Shown piece by piece: positions 8,472 to 15,815 of a DNA stretch of 46,626 bases. The notes beneath the pieces are model-generated. The model was not told where the DNA came from. It saw nothing but the letters and a program-made list of their open reading frames with translations, and did not search any database. The stretch comes from a virus, in the UHGV virus genome UHGV-0207793; one strand, given 5' to 3'. Numbering within the stretch: the stretch's first letter is position 1; every line of letters starts with the position of its first letter. Position numbers and translations under genes: made by a program.

Positions 8472-8710
8472 TAGATCACCCTCCCCATGTTGGCCATCAT
8501 CCACAGTCTGTTTTCGCTATGGTCCGGCGTCTTATCGACAAAATACGTCTGCTCGCGAGCGATCCAGGAGTTCGCCTCCACCTCGGTAAAGTGAATGCCG
8601 CGCCGGCGAAGCGCAGTAACGAAGTCGCGGGTGTGAAGGTACTGGTATCCTTTGGCGTTGCGCAATACCGACTCGCGGAAAGCCGCGGCGATGTCTGACT
8701 GTCGAAGCAT
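8471..8710 (-). CDS. hypothetical 79-aa protein, first gene of LexA-box-controlled operon
   Basis: internal ATG with GAGGG RBS; the tool's longer ORF (to 8755) would contain the LexA box; no recognisable family. Confidence 0.5.
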   Translation of the reverse strand: MLRQSDIAAAFRESVLRNAKGYQYLHTRDFVTALRRRGIHFTEVEANSWIAREQTYFVDKTPDHSENRLWMMANMGRVI

Positions 8711-8728
8711 GATCTGCCCTCTGATGAA

Positions 8729-8748
8729 TACTGTTTTTATATACAGTA
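8729..8748 (-). promoter_or_regulatory. LexA (SOS) box TACTGTTTTTATATACAGTA overlapping putative -10
   Basis: perfect CTGT-N8-ACAG with AT-rich spacer, 19 bp upstream of the 8710 start; -35 TTGATC 17 bp upstream of TACTGT. Confidence 0.6.
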
Positions 8749-9048
8749 GTTTCATTGGAAGATCTGATCAATACAGGTTACAGCTATCGATCAGACGCAC
8801 CGACGCAACGCAATGATTTTAAGAGGCTGGCAGGTACTTATATAGCGTCTTCACATTCACTCCTATCACATCGGCTACCTGCTGACGAATTGCGCCGTTG
8901 TCCCGTACGGCGATTTGTCTCCTATAAATACCGCCTACACAGTGATTCCATTAAGATAAAAGACTTAAAAACATAGAGGCCGTCACGCAAAAAAAAACCA
9001 ACAACATATTGATAAATAAATGAAATTATAATAATTATTGGGTTTAAT

Positions 9049-9078
9049 TTGTAAATTTCTTTAGGTGCTGTTTATAAT
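9049..9078 (+). promoter_or_regulatory. putative sigma70 promoter for the sugar-transferase gene (-35 TTGTAA, -10 TATAAT)
   Basis: 18-bp spacer in an extremely AT-rich stretch. Confidence 0.3.
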
Positions 9079-9138
9079 TTGAAACTTACTGCAACAAAGC
9101 GTATACTCCATGCATCCACTGCGAGCAGGGTTCATGAA

Positions 9139-9729
9139 ATGCTTAAAATGAGATTTTTCGACATTTTGATAGCATCTATATTTCTGATAATTGCTTGTCC
9201 GTTTTTTATCATTCTATCTATTTTAATATGGACATCAGGATCAAAGCCATTTTTCAAGCATAAACGAGTTGGCCTCAACGGGAAGGAATTTTACTGTTTA
9301 AAATTCACATCAATGAAAGGCCTGAATGAAATAGAAGAAGCAGAACAAGAGCGAGTTATATTTGAACTGGATCATTTTGGCAAAGTCAATAATGATCCAA
9401 GAGTAACAAAAATAGGTAATTTCATCAGAAAGACAAGTATTGACGAAACCCCACAATTTTTTAATGTTCTAAAAGGAGATATGTCGCTGATTGGCCCCAG
9501 ACCTATTACTAAGGCAGAGATGAAGATTTATGGTACAAAGATAAAGTCATACTTATCAGTCAAGCCCGGAATCACTGGATTATGGCAAATATCAGGGAGA
9601 AGCAATACAACATACTCTCGCAGAGTGGCAATTGATCATTATTACGCATTAAAAAGAACAAGAAGGATGAAAATAATGATAATGATGAAAACCGTATATG
9701 TCGTTTTATTTATGAAAGGGGCTCAATAG
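9139..9729 (+). CDS. small monotopic phosphoglycosyl transferase (Bac_transf / PglC-WbaP C-terminal type, undecaprenyl-phosphate sugar-1-phosphate transferase)
   Basis: FDILIASIFLIIACPFFIILSILIW membrane segment, KFTSM, DPRVTKIGNFIRKTSIDETPQFFNVLKGDMSLIGPRP, PGITGLWQISGRS; very AT-rich island; the tool's TTG start at 9079 is unlikely. Confidence 0.8.
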   Translation: MLKMRFFDILIASIFLIIACPFFIILSILIWTSGSKPFFKHKRVGLNGKEFYCLKFTSMKGLNEIEEAEQERVIFELDHFGKVNNDPRVTKIGNFIRKTSIDETPQFFNVLKGDMSLIGPRPITKAEMKIYGTKIKSYLSVKPGITGLWQISGRSNTTYSRRVAIDHYYALKRTRRMKIMIMMKTVYVVLFMKGAQ

Positions 9730-9777
9730 CAGCCCCAACGAAAACCATCACAAATAATAAAACATCATGAATTTATA

Positions 9778-11874
9778 TTAATCTATAGCTTCAATCTCAA
9801 TGGATACCGGATACTCGTCATTAATAACGTTTGGTTGTGTGCCATCCAGATGAATATCGAATCCCTGCTTATTTGTTTCGCTAAATGTATTATCAGGAAG
9901 ATTTCCAGCATTAGTAATAAATACTGGCTCGAAGTTTTTATTTTCAGCAGTTGAGGTACTGGTTGCTAACCCTCCGCTTATAGTGGTTGTTGTCGTTACA
10001 GCTGGAACTGAGTCGGTGCGTGTAGTAATGCCAGCGTTCGCTCCGTTTGGAATATTTACGATATATTGCTGCTGAGAGGTGCTTGATAAATCACACCGGG
10101 TAGTAACTTTATATCTGTGCCATGGCGGCATTCCAACGACAGAGATAACTGAGTTCTGCCCTTTAAATAAAGTCCCCGTTAGTTTGCACTTCATTCCAGG
10201 CACGCTGATTATGCTTTCAGCCGGAAGAGTCGGGTGTGGGGTTGCCACACCGGCAACTGCCTCCGCAATGGCTAACCATGGACGGATTGTTAGCTGTGTA
10301 ACCCCAGCAGTCAGGCCTAAACCTGCATTATGTTTATAGTTTTTGCAGTTTAGTTTTACATACCCAGTCAATCCAGCCTTTCTTACAAGGCGGCATGGTT
10401 GAGAGCTTGATGTAATTGGGTTTGCGGCAAAACCGTCATACCGGAAATCAGCAGATCCGTCAACGCACGCTTTATCAGCTGCATAAAGTGCCGTGCTGTT
10501 ACCGCCGGCCTCCCACCACCCCATCATGTCGATATCGCAGTTATACAGATTATCTGCGCGTGAGCCGTCACCGACATAGATGCCATATGACGCCGCAGTG
10601 ATTCCGTGCTGGAAGTCAAAGTTGGAAATGCTGGCACCGTAAAAAGACAGCGTCTGATCGTCAGTAGATGCAGGGTTTGAGTGGAACCAGATCCCACGCT
10701 GTGACGTCCTGACGACGACATTATCTACCCTGAAAAGCTCAGTCCACCCCTTGTCGTTGTATATATCTATTGCTGTTCCAGTCGTGTAATCTCGAATGAC
10801 GGAATCAAAAATAGATCCGCAGGCGAAATCGGAAAACCGGACGAAAGCAGTAGCCAGCGCATTCCCCACTGCCGTGAAATTTTTAAGAATGACTCTATTA
10901 AACAGGCTCTGTGCCTGTGTTGCCCGCTTAAACGTCAGGGCGACATTCGCACCGGTATGGGTAATTACTGGAGTGCTACCCTTCGTTCCCATGCCAGGGC
11001 CTTCAATGATAAGCCCGTTTGTTGAGTTAATGAACTCCAGCCCACCAACTAACGTATACCCGGCAGGCCCCAGTGACGGGGTTGAGAAGTAACCAATGGA
11101 GTTCTTAATGCAATAGTTAATTGCACTGGTCCAGATGTCGTCAAGAGCAGCACCATCATAAAGACCGAACTCTGTCGCGCAGACTTTGCCAGGGTTTTTT
11201 GGGATGCGTTGCCAGTAGTACTCAGATTGACCTGTCGGCACGCATATATAACCACCATCATCCTCAGCTGAGCCTCGCCTTGAAATAAATTCTCCGCCAC
11301 CAACGGGACCGTGAGACATTGCAGCCCAACCGACAGGATGGGCGCGCAATAAAATACTTTGACCTTCATATGAAGGAACAATAGAGCGCAGAGCAGTAAA
11401 TGATGATACCTGCCCCACCAAAGCAAAGCCTTCGCCTGAACCCAGATTTTGGCGAAGCGTGTCACCATCCATCAGAACGAAGTGAGTAACGTCGTTAGCA
11501 AAGCTGGTTGCATCGGTTCCGGTGGTCGTAAAGCCGACGTCAGTAGCAGCATTCAGGCGGTAATACTGGTTGTTATAGCGGATGTACTGGTTACGTGCAC
11601 TAAACTGAAATGGACCATCCTCATAGTCGCCAAGAAAAACGTAGCCGGAGGACAGAAGGAATTGCTCAAACCGATTAGCTCTGTCCAACTGCGCGGCATC
11701 GAACTGATTATTTCTTCCGGTGTTCGTCAGGCGCTTTACACCAAGACGATCGGTATAAAATTCACCTGTGCCAGTAACTTCTTCGTCAAGCTTCGCGCCT
11801 GCAAATACCGCATTACGTATATCGGTACTAGGCACCGGAGCCTGCGTCGGTGTCGGGAGTGGAACTTCTGCCAT
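9778..11874 (-). CDS. tailspike / tail fibre with beta-helix (pectate-lyase-like depolymerase) domain
   Basis: 698-aa last late gene; Gly/Asn-rich repetitive beta-helix-like middle; conserved N-terminal virion-attachment-like region. Confidence 0.65.
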   Translation of the reverse strand: MAEVPLPTPTQAPVPSTDIRNAVFAGAKLDEEVTGTGEFYTDRLGVKRLTNTGRNNQFDAAQLDRANRFEQFLLSSGYVFLGDYEDGPFQFSARNQYIRYNNQYYRLNAATDVGFTTTGTDATSFANDVTHFVLMDGDTLRQNLGSGEGFALVGQVSSFTALRSIVPSYEGQSILLRAHPVGWAAMSHGPVGGGEFISRRGSAEDDGGYICVPTGQSEYYWQRIPKNPGKVCATEFGLYDGAALDDIWTSAINYCIKNSIGYFSTPSLGPAGYTLVGGLEFINSTNGLIIEGPGMGTKGSTPVITHTGANVALTFKRATQAQSLFNRVILKNFTAVGNALATAFVRFSDFACGSIFDSVIRDYTTGTAIDIYNDKGWTELFRVDNVVVRTSQRGIWFHSNPASTDDQTLSFYGASISNFDFQHGITAASYGIYVGDGSRADNLYNCDIDMMGWWEAGGNSTALYAADKACVDGSADFRYDGFAANPITSSSQPCRLVRKAGLTGYVKLNCKNYKHNAGLGLTAGVTQLTIRPWLAIAEAVAGVATPHPTLPAESIISVPGMKCKLTGTLFKGQNSVISVVGMPPWHRYKVTTRCDLSSTSQQQYIVNIPNGANAGITTRTDSVPAVTTTTTISGGLATSTSTAENKNFEPVFITNAGNLPDNTFSETNKQGFDIHLDGTQPNVINDEYPVSIEIEAID

Positions 11875-11959
11875 TGTGCTTGTCGCCCTATAAATGGCGC
11901 ACGAAACCCTCAGAAGAAAATCCGAAGGAGTGCGCGAAGGTTAATATTGCTGCTGTGCG

Positions 11960-14437
11960 TTACGGGTAAATTGAGTCTGAATATTCGATCAGTGATAACG
12001 TCTGGGTGTCATCACCGTTGGGTTTGGCGCTATCGACGCGCCAGATTGTGGAGTTCAGTTCCGAGTCGGTAGCGATGAAATACCGGCTGGGGTTTTGCAC
12101 ATTTTTGCGGTCATAAATGTTCAGATCGAAAGTATCGGCCGCAGCCTGAAATGCTTTGGGCTTGCCGCTTACCGGAGAGGCCCGCCAGCGCCCGCGGTAA
12201 TTGCCGAGGCTGTCGGTCATCACCACCCACATATCGCCGAGGGAAAAGTCGATACGCTCAGAGGTCGAGAACACATCCCCGGATCGCCCTGTGATGTATC
12301 CGGTCTGCTGCGCGTTGTCGTACATGTCCGGACACTGAACCACCGTGCCGCGCACCACCTGCGTCGACTCCAGCACTTTCACCGTCATAGTGAGGCGTGA
12401 GTAGAGAATTTTCCTCGCCTCAAGCCAGGCACGATCAGTCGCCTGAGTGGAGTTGCGGCAGCCGTCCAGGCTGATCTGCATCGCGTTAACAGTGGCATCC
12501 TCAACCTCAGTGATTCCGCTGCTGTCGATCTGCAGATAGATGTAAGCCTTCTTGTTCGTCAGCGGGTCGACGTAATCCAGCGCCACGCCGTCGTAACCAC
12601 CTGGGAGAGACATTTGCCATGCCACTTTGTACTCGTCCCAGAACATGTTTGAGCGCGCAAAAACCGCATCCGGATTTGTCACCTTCTCATCACGCCAGAA
12701 CGTCAGCACATCGCCGATGTTATTTCCGTCAACGCGGGCCACATTGGCGATCGTCGCTATGCGCTCACCAAGAGGCTGCTTCTCATCCGAGAAGGTGTAA
12801 TCGAAGTACCCAAGCTGGGCATCCGGCAGCGAATCGGCAATGGCATACAGAGCAGCGACGTCAATACTGGCCACGTCCTGCTTACCGACAACCACCCATT
12901 CGTGAAGGATGGCGTCGGCAAACGAGCGACTCGGCCGCAGCGTATAATCGACCGCGCCGGTAGTCCGGTCGTAGCTGATGGTATGCCGCTGCGCCAGCAT
13001 GTTGTACTTCTGCTCACGGTTGCTGTTGCTGTCATTCGAGCCTTTGATAGTGATGCGGGCAATCGTGTCTTCCGGATACACGACGTTTTCGCGCACGTTC
13101 ACTGCGTGGATCGCCATCAGCGTCACGACGTTGGCGTCATTGCTGTTGTCGAGGCGCTCGATGGTCACCGCATAGCGCCCCGCCCCGGCAGACGGAACGA
13201 ACTTATGCGTTGTGCGGAAATACCGGGTCGTCACCTGGAAGTCGTTATCGAAGAAATAATCGTGCTGCTCGGATGTCCCCGGCACCTGATTGTTGTCGTC
13301 ATCGACCTGCCAGAACTTGATCCGGTATTGCGTTGTGCCGGCCGTCGTGCCGAGCTGAACCAGCACATGCACCCATACCTGCGTCGAGACGATCGGCGAC
13401 ACTGACGGCCCGATAACAAGGGGGGTCTGGTCATTCAGCGTGAACAGAGTCGAGTTGATAACCGCATTGCCCGGCAGAGACGTAATCTCTCCGGAGAGTT
13501 CGCCGATATAGAACGTCGTGTAAGAAAGCGTGTCGTCACCGATAAAGCTCTCCGAGGAGATGATATTCCCGGCGCCGGTGACGTTTCGTGTGACGCTTGT
13601 GCCGCCGTCGTTCCAGGTGGCATTGATGACGAATGACACGGGATGAGGTACCGCCAGCGCAGCAAAATAGCTGAAGTTGTCATCGTTCGACAGCACAACA
13701 GCCTTTAGCTGATTACTCTCGATCGCCACCGATGTCGGCGCCGTCGTGGTCGCTGTCTGGGCCGGGAAGTCCTGGCTTTCGTTCAGGCCGGGGACTGTCT
13801 CGTTATCGACGTCATCGAACTGGTACCCCACCTCAATCGTGCCGATCACGTCACCCGGGTTATAAATCGCAGAACTGGCTCCCGCCAGGCTGCCGAGATT
13901 CGATTCCGAGTAGCGGATCGATGAGATGGTGTACCGGCCGTAACCGACTTCAAACCACTCCGTGAGTTGCTTGTTATTGTCTACGAACTCGAACAGTGCT
14001 TCCTGAATCAGGTCAGGAAAGACGCGGCACTGGCCGTAAATATTCGGGCGCCCCTTGTAGAGTCGCGCGCGGTTCGTCTGGCCGGTCAGGTCATTATTGG
14101 GGGATTCGCCTGTCGCCACCGATACTGACGCGCTGGGCTTATTTGACAGGCCGAACACCTTCAGCGCGCCAGAGAGGATTTTCGTAACCGGACGCAATAT
14201 CGTGGTGATGAGCTTTCCCACCCCGCCCTCTGGCTGGTCGAAAACAGCCACGACGTCACCAGATCGCAGTGGCCGGCTGATATCGTAATCGTTAGGCAGC
14301 GCTAGGCCATTCAGTTTCACGATAACATCGCGGTGCAGCTGCAGGGAATCCAGCAGACTCACCAGTGTGGTGCCGGCATCTACCGTCCCCCGCTGCAGCG
14401 GCGCTCCGGGCAGCCTCTGTAACTCATATCGAACCAT
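11960..14437 (-). CDS. host-specificity / tail-tip protein (J-like) with ubiquitin-like TipI-type N-terminus
   Basis: 825-aa ORF directly after K-like gene; N-terminus resembles lambda I. Confidence 0.7.
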   Translation of the reverse strand: MVRYELQRLPGAPLQRGTVDAGTTLVSLLDSLQLHRDVIVKLNGLALPNDYDISRPLRSGDVVAVFDQPEGGVGKLITTILRPVTKILSGALKVFGLSNKPSASVSVATGESPNNDLTGQTNRARLYKGRPNIYGQCRVFPDLIQEALFEFVDNNKQLTEWFEVGYGRYTISSIRYSESNLGSLAGASSAIYNPGDVIGTIEVGYQFDDVDNETVPGLNESQDFPAQTATTTAPTSVAIESNQLKAVVLSNDDNFSYFAALAVPHPVSFVINATWNDGGTSVTRNVTGAGNIISSESFIGDDTLSYTTFYIGELSGEITSLPGNAVINSTLFTLNDQTPLVIGPSVSPIVSTQVWVHVLVQLGTTAGTTQYRIKFWQVDDDNNQVPGTSEQHDYFFDNDFQVTTRYFRTTHKFVPSAGAGRYAVTIERLDNSNDANVVTLMAIHAVNVRENVVYPEDTIARITIKGSNDSNSNREQKYNMLAQRHTISYDRTTGAVDYTLRPSRSFADAILHEWVVVGKQDVASIDVAALYAIADSLPDAQLGYFDYTFSDEKQPLGERIATIANVARVDGNNIGDVLTFWRDEKVTNPDAVFARSNMFWDEYKVAWQMSLPGGYDGVALDYVDPLTNKKAYIYLQIDSSGITEVEDATVNAMQISLDGCRNSTQATDRAWLEARKILYSRLTMTVKVLESTQVVRGTVVQCPDMYDNAQQTGYITGRSGDVFSTSERIDFSLGDMWVVMTDSLGNYRGRWRASPVSGKPKAFQAAADTFDLNIYDRKNVQNPSRYFIATDSELNSTIWRVDSAKPNGDDTQTLSLIEYSDSIYP

Positions 14438-14819
14438 GGATCAGGTACTCCACGCGGCTGTAAACTTTCAGTAATGCCAGCGGGCTATCGCAGCGCACGA
14501 AACCAAATTCCCCGCGGGCATGCAGGCACTTAACCGGGCTGATCATCACACCGATATGCGCCGGCACTTCGCCGCGGTAAAAAACGGCGATGCAGCCGGT
14601 TGCCGCTACCGGCACGCACCGCCAGTGCGCGTGCTCCTGTTCGTAGCAGGTGATGAAATCCGCGCCCGATTCGTAGCCGGCGATGTGATGCAGCTCCAGG
14701 CCGAGCACATGCCGGTAATAGAGAACCACCAGGCCCCAGCAGTCCATCTGCTCAAAACTGCAGGCGCGATTAGCCCAGGGCTTGCCGTTAACAAGCCCGA
14801 TAAAGTCGCTCTGTGTCAT
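14424..14819 (-). CDS. tail assembly protein K-like (NlpC/P60 peptidase)
   Basis: Cys...His motif CWGLVVLYY...HIGVM. Confidence 0.65.
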   Translation of the reverse strand: MTQSDFIGLVNGKPWANRACSFEQMDCWGLVVLYYRHVLGLELHHIAGYESGADFITCYEQEHAHWRCVPVAATGCIAVFYRGEVPAHIGVMISPVKCLHARGEFGFVRCDSPLALLKVYSRVEYLIHGSI

Positions 14820-15286
14820 ACGGTGATTAGCCCGGGATAGTCTTTCGTGGTGTAAATGATGGAGTTGGCCAGCGTCAGCGGGTTAGTCTTTCCGGCGGTC
14901 ACGGTGACGTTGCTGGCATCGGCTGAAATGTCGTTCACGTAAAGCGTCCAATCTTTCAGGGATGTAGTGTCACCGATCGCATTCCACTGCTGATACAGGC
15001 ACTTTATCGGCGTCATGCGCGCCGCCCCGCGCCAGCTTTTCAGTGTCTGCCGGACATGCTCCGTCGCGGCGACAAAGGTTATCGTCATGGATATCACTGC
15101 CGTTCCGTCCTGCGCCGGTTCTGTTACGCTGAACCGCGCAGGCTCGAATGAGTTGCCGCCAAACGTCGCCGGGCGAAAAAGGTTATTGACCACCCGGTAA
15201 TAACCGAAAGCCGGATGGTAAAACTCCACCGTCTGTTTGATGTCGCTCGCCGGCCGGCGCTCCTTCCACTCTCTCAAAGTCGGCAT
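14816..15286 (-). CDS. minor tail protein L-like
   Basis: position between M-like and K-like genes; translational coupling. Confidence 0.55.
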   Translation of the reverse strand: MPTLREWKERRPASDIKQTVEFYHPAFGYYRVVNNLFRPATFGGNSFEPARFSVTEPAQDGTAVISMTITFVAATEHVRQTLKSWRGAARMTPIKCLYQQWNAIGDTTSLKDWTLYVNDISADASNVTVTAGKTNPLTLANSIIYTTKDYPGLITV

Positions 15287-15762
15287 TAGTCAGCCCTCGG
15301 CATCACTTCGGTTATCAGGTAATCCAGCCAGTATCCATAGCCAGGCTGGGCCTCAACAATCCAGTCGTCGTAGTCCTCGGTAATGTCCTCGATACCGTTG
15401 CTTATGACCGTTGCGGTCCAGGTGACAATGTTGCCGTTTTTGCTGGTCTGCACCGGCATATCGACGAAATGCAGCGTCTGCTGCTGAACGCCCTGCGTAT
15501 CACCCAGGTCGATCGGCATCTGGAACCAGTTACGCCCGCGGTCGCAGTAGGTCGGCGATCGCAGCCATGACTTAAACCGCTCGGCTTGAGCAATCGTGAA
15601 TATCCACTGCAGCGTCCAGGTTGCTTTCAGGTCCGTGGTAATCGGCGTAATTATCAGGGGACCAACTGCCGTCTGCGTCGTCTGCCAGGCTGTATCCTGC
15701 GTCATGTTCTGATCGGCGCGCTGGGGAAGCGGCAGGAACGGAGGGTATTGAACTGTTGCCAC
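15286..15762 (-). CDS. minor tail protein M-like
   Basis: follows tape measure; probable GTG start at 15762 after GGAGGA (the tool's MPGGN start lies within the repeated element). Confidence 0.5.
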   Translation of the reverse strand: MATVQYPPFLPLPQRADQNMTQDTAWQTTQTAVGPLIITPITTDLKATWTLQWIFTIAQAERFKSWLRSPTYCDRGRNWFQMPIDLGDTQGVQQQTLHFVDMPVQTSKNGNIVTWTATVISNGIEDITEDYDDWIVEAQPGYGYWLDYLITEVMPRAD

Positions 15763-15764
15763 GT

Positions 15765-15815
15765 TTCCTCCGGGCATTAAAAAACCCGCCGGAGCGGGTT
15801 TGGTTTAGTAAGCAC
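15765..15815 (-). repeat. about 45-bp terminator + RBS + start cassette (copy 1)
   Basis: catttcctccgggcattaaaaaacccgccggagcgggtttggtttag; hairpin cccgc-tccg-gcggg then T6 on the minus strand. Confidence 0.5.

Noticed and set aside
9079-9138. TTG-initiated N-terminal extension of the sugar transferase
   Set aside because: PGT family N-terminus aligns from MLKMRFFDIL; in-frame ATG at 9139
12095-13965. Several 60-170-aa + strand ORFs (12095-12400, 12619-12963, 12902-13405, 13732-13965)
   Set aside because: All lie antisense inside the J-like gene, are Arg/Pro-rich as expected for GC-rich antisense frames, and lack start context
15763-15777. MPGGN N-termini of the tape-measure and M-like ORFs
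   Set aside because: These five codons lie within the duplicated terminator-RBS element; the GGAGGA inside them is the likelier RBS for the downstream ATG/GTG
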